A stretch of 64,000 nt of DNA. Origin: Verrucomicrobiales bacterium. GTDB taxonomy: Bacteria > Verrucomicrobiota > Verrucomicrobiia > Limisphaerales > J093. The DNA lies in assembly GCA_015075445.1 (NCBI GenBank), contig JABTUJ010000042.1:3732-67731 (forward strand), read 5' to 3'. Position 1 is the first letter of the stretch, and each line of letters opens with the position of its first letter. Both the position numbers and the translations under genes were made by a program. This document shows positions 56,637 through 64,000 of this stretch, in pieces. The notes beneath the pieces were generated by a model, which was given only the letters and a program-made list of their open reading frames with translations, was not told the origin of the DNA and made no database searches.

Positions 56637-57503
56637 ATGGTTCTCCTTCTCCTTCTTCTCCTCCTGGGGACCACCCTCGCTCAGGCTGCGCCCTCCCCAC
56701 CCCCTCCCAAGTTCTACGCGTACTGCGTCGAAGTCGGCGTCCCCGGCGTGACCCCCCGCCCGTGGCCCGACCAGGCCACCCTCCTCCGCCAACTCGGCTA
56801 CGACGGCGGCGGCTTCGAACTCCCGCTCGACACCACCCTCGCCACCCACCTGCGCGCGTTCGACGACGCCGGCCTCGACGTCTACCTCGTCTGGACGACC
56901 CTCAACGTCAACCCGGCGTCCCCCGCCTACGATCCCCGCCTGCCCGACGCCCTCCGCCAGCTCAAGGGCCGCCCCACCACCGTCAGTCTCATCCTCCGCG
57001 GACTGCCCCCGGCCGACCCCAAGGGCCGCGCACCCGCTCTCCGCGCCCTTCGCGAACTCGGCGACGTTGCGGCTCAAGCCGGCCTGCGACTCTCCATCTA
57101 CAATCATGTCAGCGATTGGACCGAAAGCCTCCCCTTCATCGTGGAGCTCGTCCGCGAGCTGAACCACCCCCAGGTCGGCTTCAACTTCAACCTCTGCCAC
57201 TGGCTCAAGGTCGACGCGGCCCACGACTGGCGGCCGCTGCTGCGTGAACACGCCGCGAAACTCTTCTGCGTCACGATCAACGGCGCCACCGTTGGCGCCC
57301 AGACCTGGACGCACGGCCTCATCCGGCCCCTCGACGAAGGCGACTTCGACAACGCCCCTTTGCTCGCCGCGCTCAACGCCATCGGCTACCGCGGCCCCGT
57401 CGGTCTCATGTGCTACGGCGTCCCCGGCGATCCCCGCGACCATCTCGCCCGCTCGATGGCTGTCTGGCGCCGACTTCACTCTCCCCAACCGTCGCAACCC
57501 TAA
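56637..57503 (+). CDS. Xylose-isomerase-like TIM-barrel protein, secreted
   Basis: MVLLLLLLLLGTTLAQA...LGYDGGGFEL...LSIYNHVSDW...GFNFNLCHWL...GYRGPVGLMCYG. The start is placed after the hairpin repeats at 56578-56629. Confidence 0.7.
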   Translation: MVLLLLLLLLGTTLAQAAPSPPPPKFYAYCVEVGVPGVTPRPWPDQATLLRQLGYDGGGFELPLDTTLATHLRAFDDAGLDVYLVWTTLNVNPASPAYDPRLPDALRQLKGRPTTVSLILRGLPPADPKGRAPALRALRELGDVAAQAGLRLSIYNHVSDWTESLPFIVELVRELNHPQVGFNFNLCHWLKVDAAHDWRPLLREHAAKLFCVTINGATVGAQTWTHGLIRPLDEGDFDNAPLLAALNAIGYRGPVGLMCYGVPGDPRDHLARSMAVWRRLHSPQPSQP

Positions 57504-57514
57504 AGCCCTCGCTC

Positions 57515-58843
57515 ATGTCCACACCCGCTCCTGTCCCTCCGTCGCCTTCCCCGCTCACCCGCCGCGGTTTCCTCCGGACCACCGCCACCGCCACCGGCGC
57601 CACCCTGGCCCTGGGCACGCTTGATGTCGCTCGCTTCGCTCATGCCGCCGGCAGCGGCGTCATCAAGATCGGCATGCTCGGTTGCGGCGGCCGCTGCTCC
57701 GGCGCCGGCGCCCAGGCCCTCTCCCTCGGGAAGGACGTCCAACTCGCCGGCATGACCGACGTATTCGCCAGCCGCATGCAGACCAAACGCGCCTACTTCC
57801 GCGAGCACCATCCCGACCAGTTCATCGCCACCGCAGACACCTGCACCTCCGGCCTCGATGGCTACCAGGCGGTCATCGCCGCCAGCGACGCGGTGCTCAT
57901 CGCCTGCGCCTCGAAGTATCACCCGTTCTATGCCGAGAAAGCGCTCGAGGCGGGCAAGCACGTCTTCATCGAGAAACCCCACGCCATCGACCCCGCCGGC
58001 TGTCTCCGCCTCAAACGCTGCGCCGCCCTCGCGCGGGAGAAGAACCTCTCCTTCGTCTCCGGCCACGAGAGCCGTTACCACTTCCCTTACCAGGAAATGG
58101 TCAAGCGCATCCATGACGGCGCCATCGGTCAGATCGTCGCCATCCAGTCCATGTTCCTCCGCGCCCCCTACCAGACCGTCGCCCGCGAGCCCGGCCTGAA
58201 CGAGATCGAGTACCAGTTCGCCAACTGGTACCACTTCCGCTGGCTCTCCGGCGACGACGTCACCCAGTCGCTCGTCCACAACTTCGATCGCATGCGCTGG
58301 GTCTTGCGCGAGGAGAACCCCAAGTGGTGCTTCGGATTGGGCGGCCGATCGAGCGCCTTCGGCGAGGTCTACGGCGACATGTTCGACCACGCCAGTGTCA
58401 CCTACGAATTCGGCAGCGGCACCCGCCTCTACGGTCTCTGCCAGACCCGCACCGGCTGCTACGCGAACTGGGACGACATCGTCATGGGCACCAAGGGCGT
58501 CTGCTACTGGAATGCCTGCCGCTTCGAAGGCGAAACCAAGTGGCGTTACCAGGGCCCCTCCAACGACCAGCACACCGAGGAGCAGAAGATCCTCATCGGC
58601 TCGATCCGCGACGGCCGCCCCGTCAACCACAGCGACACCATGATCGACAGCACCTACACGGCGATCATGGGCCAGATCGCGACCTACACCGGCAAGCCCG
58701 TGACCTGGGAGGAGATGATGGCCGCCACCTTCGAGTTCGAGCCCAAGATCGCCGACGTCCGGCTCAACATGCCTTCGCCCATCCATCCCGATGCCCAGGG
58801 CAACTACCCGCTGCCCGTCCCCGGCCACACCAACTACTTCTAA
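57515..58843 (+). CDS. Gfo/Idh/MocA family oxidoreductase with twin-arginine signal
   Basis: LTRRGFLRTTATATGATLALG...IKIGMLGCGGRCSG...HVFIEKPHA. Confidence 0.85.
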   Translation: MSTPAPVPPSPSPLTRRGFLRTTATATGATLALGTLDVARFAHAAGSGVIKIGMLGCGGRCSGAGAQALSLGKDVQLAGMTDVFASRMQTKRAYFREHHPDQFIATADTCTSGLDGYQAVIAASDAVLIACASKYHPFYAEKALEAGKHVFIEKPHAIDPAGCLRLKRCAALAREKNLSFVSGHESRYHFPYQEMVKRIHDGAIGQIVAIQSMFLRAPYQTVAREPGLNEIEYQFANWYHFRWLSGDDVTQSLVHNFDRMRWVLREENPKWCFGLGGRSSAFGEVYGDMFDHASVTYEFGSGTRLYGLCQTRTGCYANWDDIVMGTKGVCYWNACRFEGETKWRYQGPSNDQHTEEQKILIGSIRDGRPVNHSDTMIDSTYTAIMGQIATYTGKPVTWEEMMAATFEFEPKIADVRLNMPSPIHPDAQGNYPLPVPGHTNYF

Positions 58844-58853
58844 CCGGGCCCGC

Positions 58854-60299
58854 ATGCCTGCCGCCCTCACCGCCGCGGCGCGTTACCCGCAGCGCCTCGC
58901 CCGCTACACCACCGCCCTGCGGAACGAGCAGCCCGACCGGGTCCCCCTCCGCCCGTTCGTCGCGGAATTCACCGGGGTCCACGCCGGGTACACCTGCCAG
59001 CAGATGGCGCACCAGTACCCCCTCGCCTTCGAAGCCGCCTGCCGTTGCGCCGCCGACTTCGACTGGGACGCCGTCGTGCCCAACATGATCGCCACCTGGA
59101 CGGGAATGACCCAAGCCATGGGCCTCAAGTACTACCTGACCCCGGGCATCGATCTGCCCCCGAATGTCGGCCATCAGTACCTCGAACCCCCCGCCGACAC
59201 CGCCTTCATGCAGGCCGACGAGTACGACGCCCTCATCGACGACCCGACCAGCTTCCTCTACACCACCTGGCTCCCCCGCGTCACCGCCGCCATCCGCGCC
59301 CCCGGCTTGCCGGACGCCGTCGCTCGCGACCTCTCGCTCGTCAAGGGCGCCATGGCCATGAGCCAGTTCTTCAGCGACTGGACCCGCCAGGAACAGCGCC
59401 TGCGCGAGGAATGCGGCACCGTCGCCGCCATCGCCGGCATGCTCAAAGCCCCCCTCGACCTCCTCGCCGACAAACTCCGCGGTTACGTCGGCCTCGCCGA
59501 AGACCTCCTGGTCCGACCCGCCCAAGTGCGGGCGGCCTGTGAAGCCCTCATGCCGCACCTCGAGTACTTCGCGCGCGTCACGGCCGACCCGCAGCGCAAC
59601 GTGCCGATCGGCTTCTGGATGCACCGCAGTTGCGTCCCGCTCATCTCCTTCAAGCATTTCAACGAGATCGGCTGGCCGACCCTCAAACCCATCATCCAGG
59701 AACTCTGGGCCCACGGCCACCAGACCCTCTTCTACGCCGAGGGCAACTGGGACCATCACCTCGACGCCTTCGCCGAACTCCCCGACCGCAGCATCGTCTA
59801 CCACGTGGACCGCGGCGACCTCGCCAAGGCACACCGCGTGTTCGGGCACAAGTTCTGTCTCAGCGGCGGCATCCCCAACACCCTCCTCAGCTTCGGCTCT
59901 CCCGCCGAGGTGCGCGCCGCCTGCCGGCAGGCCATCGCCACCGCCGCCCACGACGGCGGCTACATCATGGACGCCAGCGCCATCATCCAGAACGATGCCC
60001 GCGTCGAGAACCTCCGCGCCCTGACCGAAGCCACCCTCGAGTTCGGGGGCTACTCCCGCGGACACAGCACCCCGCTCCCGGCTGGCGGGCCTCGACCTCT
60101 GGAAACCGACGCCCGCCCCGGCACATTTTTCACCCCGCGCCCCGACGATCGCCGCCCGCCCGGCGCCTGTATTCCCTGGCGCGATGTCCTTCCCCAACTG
60201 CCGCCGATCACCGGCGACCCACGCCTGTGCCAGCAGGTGTGGGAATCTGTCGACGCCCTCGGGTACTTCTATGTCTGGTGGATCCTGCTCGCCTTCTGA
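58854..60299 (+). CDS. Uroporphyrinogen decarboxylase (URO-D)-like family protein
   Basis: DRVPLRPFVAEFTG...FYAEGNWDHHLDAF...GGIPNTLLSFGSPAEVRAACRQAI...GGYIMDASA. The family assignment is by pattern only. Confidence 0.5.
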   Translation: MPAALTAAARYPQRLARYTTALRNEQPDRVPLRPFVAEFTGVHAGYTCQQMAHQYPLAFEAACRCAADFDWDAVVPNMIATWTGMTQAMGLKYYLTPGIDLPPNVGHQYLEPPADTAFMQADEYDALIDDPTSFLYTTWLPRVTAAIRAPGLPDAVARDLSLVKGAMAMSQFFSDWTRQEQRLREECGTVAAIAGMLKAPLDLLADKLRGYVGLAEDLLVRPAQVRAACEALMPHLEYFARVTADPQRNVPIGFWMHRSCVPLISFKHFNEIGWPTLKPIIQELWAHGHQTLFYAEGNWDHHLDAFAELPDRSIVYHVDRGDLAKAHRVFGHKFCLSGGIPNTLLSFGSPAEVRAACRQAIATAAHDGGYIMDASAIIQNDARVENLRALTEATLEFGGYSRGHSTPLPAGGPRPLETDARPGTFFTPRPDDRRPPGACIPWRDVLPQLPPITGDPRLCQQVWESVDALGYFYVWWILLAF

Positions 60300-60419
60300 G
60301 CCGGACGGTCCGCCTGGGTCCGGCCCGGCGTCCAATGCTGGAACCACCGGCTGGATCTCACCATCCCGAACCCGAGGCCGTGGGCCGGTTCAGTTCTTCC
60401 TTGGGGGTGACGATGGCCC

Positions 60420-61073
60420 TCATCGGTCTCCCGGGCGGAGACGCCCCTGGCGCCGCAACTCGAGGGCGACAAAGGGAGCACGACGCTCGAGATAGGGCAA
60501 ATCAATGTGCCCTGACTCGTAACTCGATACATACTCCTCACGCGCTCTGCAGAACTCGATGCCGTTGAGGAGTTCAAGCGTCGCATTGACTGCGGCCGCA
60601 TTTGCCGAGGGACTACGCGGACCTTGAATCACCTGAAATCCCACCAGTTCCAGAGAGAACCAGCCGGGCTTGCAGGTGAAGGGATCAATCAGGCTCGTCA
60701 GGTCCTTCTTCCGGGCGTTGATACCTGCGGCACACAGCCGGTAGTTGAGCCACTCGTAGATGGCGTCCCACCGTTTCGACTTCGGGAGCATGTGGTCCAC
60801 GCTGGGATTGCCAGTGCCGTGTTCGAGATAGAGCGCAAGGAAGGCGCAACGGCGGTCGTATGACTGAAGGAGGTCGTCCAGGGCGTCCCGCCAATACGGA
60901 GGGAAGCTGCCCGCAGGGATGTCCTGCTCACGGGTCGCAACCCGCCGGCGCCTGCGACCCCGGCGGGGCACCCGCGCACCATGGCCCGTCAACTCGGCAA
61001 TGGCCGAGAGCCCTTTCTGCCGCACCTTGGCATCGAAACCCGGGGGCTCGGGTGCAGGTGTGACGGGAATCAT
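60420..61073 (-). CDS. HNH-like nuclease, TIGR02646/PtuB-like (217 aa)
   Basis: CAFLALYLEHGTGNPSVDHMLPKSKRWDAIYEWLNYRLCAAGINARKKD fits the C.YCE...DH..PKs....eW.NL..aC..CN..K pattern, but only 2 of the 4 Cys are present. The ATG overlaps the ATPase stop (ATGA at 61070-61073). Confidence 0.6.
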   Translation of the reverse strand: MIPVTPAPEPPGFDAKVRQKGLSAIAELTGHGARVPRRGRRRRRVATREQDIPAGSFPPYWRDALDDLLQSYDRRCAFLALYLEHGTGNPSVDHMLPKSKRWDAIYEWLNYRLCAAGINARKKDLTSLIDPFTCKPGWFSLELVGFQVIQGPRSPSANAAAVNATLELLNGIEFCRAREEYVSSYESGHIDLPYLERRAPFVALELRRQGRLRPGDR

Positions 61074-62386
61074 CGATCCCCTCCGCCTCGCTGTCGGCGA
61101 TCTTGACGATGCCTCTCCAGGAACTTGCCCCACCGGACCCAGAAGGGATCGATGTCTGGCAGACCTGCCTTCCGCAGCCCCGCGTCTGCGTCGTCGATCG
61201 CTTTGCGTGTCGGGGCGGCCTCCCGCAAGACGGCCCGTGCCTGCTCGATGGCCCTTTCCGCTTCCAGGGATCGTGCGCACTTGAGGTCGAATGCCTCGCT
61301 CGTCAGCCAATTGGACACGTCCCCGCGGGGTACAAAATCCCGCCGCCGCAACACGACGTTCTTCCATTCCAAGTCCAAGTCAAACCAGGCATCGCGTGTG
61401 CTATCGAAGAACGGTTCGGCCGACGCGAGGATCAGTGGCGAGTGAGTGGCCGCGATGAGTTGGATGGCCGCCTGATCGTGAAGCGATGTCGCAATGCTCA
61501 ACAGCGAACTGAGGATCGTCCGCTGCCAACGCGGGTGCAGATGGCTCTCCAACTCATCGAACAGCAACACAACCTGGCGGGTCGGTTCCTCGCCCAACAA
61601 CTCCGAGGCTCGCACATGCTCACTCCAGGACCACAGGAGCATATAGGCGAGGCCGACGACGCGACGAACACCCGAGGACGCGTGCAGGATGGGCACAGTC
61701 TCGGCATATGGCATGCGGACGGAGGGAATGTCGCGCACGTCGTCAACCGAGATGCGGACCAGCGCCCCCACCTCAAACCGCTCCCCCGGAGGGGCCAAAC
61801 GCTCAACCACGGCCTCCATTCGCTTGGCGGTGTCCCCTCGCTCTCGAATCCAGCCCGCCCAGTCGGTTAGCAGACCGTTACAGACCCGCGTGGTCTTGCC
61901 CCCCACCTCGACTTCGAGGCCGTCCCACACGTCCTTGGGAGCAAACACATAGCCCGCCAGACGATCTTGGACATCGATGCCCCCCTTGGACCTCCAGTAG
62001 TTCCTTGCGGGATCCCAGACAGAGAAACCGCCGTCAGCATGAGCATACACAACCAGCCCGGGGTTCCAGGGCCGACCGGCCCGGCCAACCCACGACTGCT
62101 CGCGGGCATCGTAGGCGCTCTCGTAATCCACTGACCGAGCCTTTCCCGTTAGCTTGAACGCAACGGTAGCTTTCTGCTTCGGGTCTGCCGGCCGTGCCGG
62201 ATAACCTGATGTCAATCGTCCATTCAGGTCATGCGGCCATTTCCGCGTGAGCACCCACCACGCCACGTCGAGCAAGAAGGACTTGCCGAGACCGTTGTCA
62301 CCGGTGAAGAGATTCAGGCGGTCAGCAAACTCCAAATCGAGTTTGGCGACAGGACCAATGTTTCTAAGATTCAGTGCTTTAAGCAT
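61070..62386 (-). CDS. AAA_15/21-type ABC-like ATPase, PtuA-like (438 aa)
   Basis: MLKALNLRNIGPVAKLDLEFADRLNLFTGDNGLGKSFLL (Walker A), VVLLFDELESHLHP (Walker B), IAATHSPLI. GGAGAAG lies 7 nt upstream of ATG 62386. A/T-ending codons are common and G+C is lower. Confidence 0.75.
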   Translation of the reverse strand: MLKALNLRNIGPVAKLDLEFADRLNLFTGDNGLGKSFLLDVAWWVLTRKWPHDLNGRLTSGYPARPADPKQKATVAFKLTGKARSVDYESAYDAREQSWVGRAGRPWNPGLVVYAHADGGFSVWDPARNYWRSKGGIDVQDRLAGYVFAPKDVWDGLEVEVGGKTTRVCNGLLTDWAGWIRERGDTAKRMEAVVERLAPPGERFEVGALVRISVDDVRDIPSVRMPYAETVPILHASSGVRRVVGLAYMLLWSWSEHVRASELLGEEPTRQVVLLFDELESHLHPRWQRTILSSLLSIATSLHDQAAIQLIAATHSPLILASAEPFFDSTRDAWFDLDLEWKNVVLRRRDFVPRGDVSNWLTSEAFDLKCARSLEAERAIEQARAVLREAAPTRKAIDDADAGLRKAGLPDIDPFWVRWGKFLERHRQDRRQRGGGDR

Positions 62387-62956
62387 AATCAGCTTCTCCG
62401 CTCGTTGCCCATCCGGATGCAGCCACTGGCGCAACGGGTCCCCGGTCTTGACCGGTTGCACACCGGGATCTTCGCCCCGCACCTCGGTATCGCACTGTGT
62501 TGCGCGCGTTCGGGGGACGGCCTCCCCGAGTTCACAACCGAGCCCGCGTTGGCCATGACCCCGGCCGCGGCACCCGAAGCGACGGCCACGACGAGCGTGG
62601 TAGCCAAAGGTCGCCGAAGGGACCATCGTAAACCCTACGCACGGCAGACGGCGTTGATCATGCCCGCATCAGCCCGAAACTGCAGCAGAAAACGCGACCC
62701 ACAACACGGCGAAACCCATGCCGCTAATGTCAGAGGGAGTTCCCCGCCGAACCATCAGGTACGTGCGTGTCCTCCGGCCAGGTCTCCACCATGAATCGCC
62801 CTGACGTAGACGAGGTCGACCGGTGTTCCGGAACCACTCGAAACCAAGTGCCCTGCGCCTTGGCGAACAGGCCGGGAAGTTCAATGACCTCCGGATCCGT
62901 CTGCGACCGCCAGATCCTCCTGGCCTTCCGAGCCCTGCTGGCTACCCTCCCTCCCC

Positions 62957-63742
62957 ATGAACTCGTCACGCTTTCAACGGCTGAGCAGCCTCTTCCTGCT
63001 CCTGACAGTCTCCCCACTCCTTTGCCCCGGCGCGGTGTCACCCGCCGACCTCACCCCGCCCGCCGAGGGAACGCGCGTTCTGCTCGTCACTGGCATCGAC
63101 TACCCCGGTCATCCCTGGCAGGAGACCGCGCCGGCGCTCAAGGCCATCCTCGACCAGGACCCGCGCTTCAAGACCCGCATCGTCGAAGATCCGAACGCCC
63201 TGGCTTCCCCGAAACTCCAGGACTGGGACGTCGTCATCGTCCACTTCATGGACTGGGAAATCCCCGGGCCAGGCCCCGAGGCCCGCGAGAACCTCCGTCG
63301 CTTCGTCGCCGGTGGAAAGGGACTGATGCTCACCCACTTTGCCTGTGGCGCCTGGGACGGCAACGAATGGCCCGAATTCGCACGGTTAGCCGGTCGGGTC
63401 TGGGATCCCAAACTACGCGGGCACGATCCTCACGGGACCTTCCGCGTGGAGATGGCTGATCCCGACCACCCCATCACGCGGGGCCTGGAGCCGTTCGACA
63501 CGCTCGACGAACTCTATACGTGCCTCACGGGCGACACCCCCATCCACATCGTAGCCAAGGCCCGTTCGAAGGTTGACGGTCTGGACTACCCGATGGCCTT
63601 CGTCCTCGACTACGGCCAGGGCCGCGTCTTCCACACCGTGCTCGGTCACGACGCCCGCGCCTATGCCGCCCCCGGTGTCGGCGAACTCATGCGTCGTGGT
63701 TGTGCCTGGACCGCCCGCCTCTCCTCAGGGGTCAGTCAATAG
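62957..63742 (+). CDS. ThuA-domain (trehalose-utilisation-like) secreted protein
   Basis: RVLLVTGIDYPGHPWQET...DVVIVHF...GKGLMLTHFACGAW...HDPHGTFRVEM...DELYTCL...GRVFHTVLGHD. Confidence 0.8.
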   Translation: MNSSRFQRLSSLFLLLTVSPLLCPGAVSPADLTPPAEGTRVLLVTGIDYPGHPWQETAPALKAILDQDPRFKTRIVEDPNALASPKLQDWDVVIVHFMDWEIPGPGPEARENLRRFVAGGKGLMLTHFACGAWDGNEWPEFARLAGRVWDPKLRGHDPHGTFRVEMADPDHPITRGLEPFDTLDELYTCLTGDTPIHIVAKARSKVDGLDYPMAFVLDYGQGRVFHTVLGHDARAYAAPGVGELMRRGCAWTARLSSGVSQ

Positions 63743-63790
63743 TATTGTGCTTTTTCCGGTCTGGCTTTCAGGTTTCAGGGACTGTCCCCA
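63727..63790. repeat. AT-rich 62-64 bp hairpin element, copy 1
   Basis: ggggtcagtcaatagtattgtgctttttccggtctggctttcaggtttcagggactgtcccc. It supplies the last codons and the TAG stop of the ThuA-like gene. Confidence 0.9.
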
Positions 63791-63795
63791 GGGGT

Positions 63796-64000
63796 CTACC
63801 CGCGGACCCGCCGCCACAACACCGCCAGGCCACCGAGGCCAAGCAGGAGCCATGCCCCGTTCGGCTCGGGAATCGCGATGAAAGACTCCACTCCCGCTTC
63901 GAACTCTCCTAAGGGGTCAGTCAATAGTATTGTGCTTTTTCCGGTCTGGCTTTCAGGTTTCAGGGACTGACCCCACCGGGGAGAGTTGACATCGGTGGGG
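63796..64000 (-). CDS. PEP-CTERM sorting-signal tail (3' end of a gene or a gene fragment; open to the window edge)
   Basis: The minus strand reads ...GEFEAGVESFIAIPEPNGAWLLLGLGGLAVLWRRVRG, with the stop at 63796-63798. This is the classical PEP motif, TM helix and basic cluster. Upstream, the frame runs through repeat copy 2, so the gene's integrity is doubtful. Confidence 0.4.
   Translation of the reverse strand, partial: PTDVNSPRWGQSLKPESQTGKSTILLTDPLGEFEAGVESFIAIPEPNGAWLLLGLGGLAVLWRRVRG
63913..63974. repeat. AT-rich 62 bp hairpin element, copy 2
   Basis: It has the same sequence as copy 1, with a perfect 10-bp terminal stem ggggtcagtc / gactgacccc. Confidence 0.9.

Noticed and set aside
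60420-62956. Retron-associated Septu (retron ncRNA plus reverse transcriptase)
   Set aside because: No reverse-transcriptase-like ORF (no YxDD-type motif) occurs in or around the module, and I saw no msr/msd-like inverted repeats in the upstream 570 nt.
1-64000. tRNA, rRNA, transposase, integrase or prophage genes
   Set aside because: Visual scanning of the intergenic regions found no T-arm/anticodon-arm architecture and no rRNA-like stretches. No ORF showed DDE, tyrosine or serine recombinase or phage structural motifs. Absence is based on manual inspection only.

Overview
High-GC bacterial chromosome segment, about 65-75% G+C by hand counts of sampled lines. The gene content points to the PVC superphylum, most likely Verrucomicrobiota. 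Supporting this are several prepilin-type N-terminal ([25 protein letters not shown]) H-X9-DG proteins, a PEP-CTERM tail, DUF1080/LamG-like secreted proteins, TAT-signal Gfo/Idh/MocA oxidoreductases and xylose-isomerase-like TIM barrels. I can support about 50 protein genes. They include housekeeping genes (metG, argG, SRP RNA-dnaX-ybaB-recR, der, lgt, rluD, nadB, panC, ndh, arfB) interleaved with carbohydrate-utilisation genes (GH29 fucosidase, GHL6-like hydrolase, MFS sugar porter, PmoA-like, ThuA-like). No rRNA, tRNA, CRISPR, transposase or integrase was recognised. Three themes stand out. (1) Small accessory modules: a lower-GC Septu-like AAA ATPase + HNH-like pair (60420-62386), an AbiEii-like nucleotidyltransferase without AbiEi but coupled to a downstream small ORF (2409-3436), and a Phd-like/degenerate PIN pair (8726-9402). 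(2) An unusually rich non-coding repeat landscape. It includes a 1.4 kb satellite of a 40-bp unit, a 22-bp x ~16 array, tandem hairpin arrays, AT-rich palindromes, several REP-like hairpin families and heptanucleotide arrays. Some of these repeats sit in frame inside metG and dnaX. (3) Many conserved genes show frame disruptions, often clustered: der, argG, a polysaccharide deacetylase, the ETF-QO 5' end, HAD, PHP phosphatase, DUF1080, plus an in-frame TAG in nadB. Peptide similarity is preserved on both sides of each shift and der is essential, so I suspect assembly indel errors more than true decay. Only reads can decide. All coordinates and translations were derived by hand from the sequence and the ORF track. 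No database search was run.
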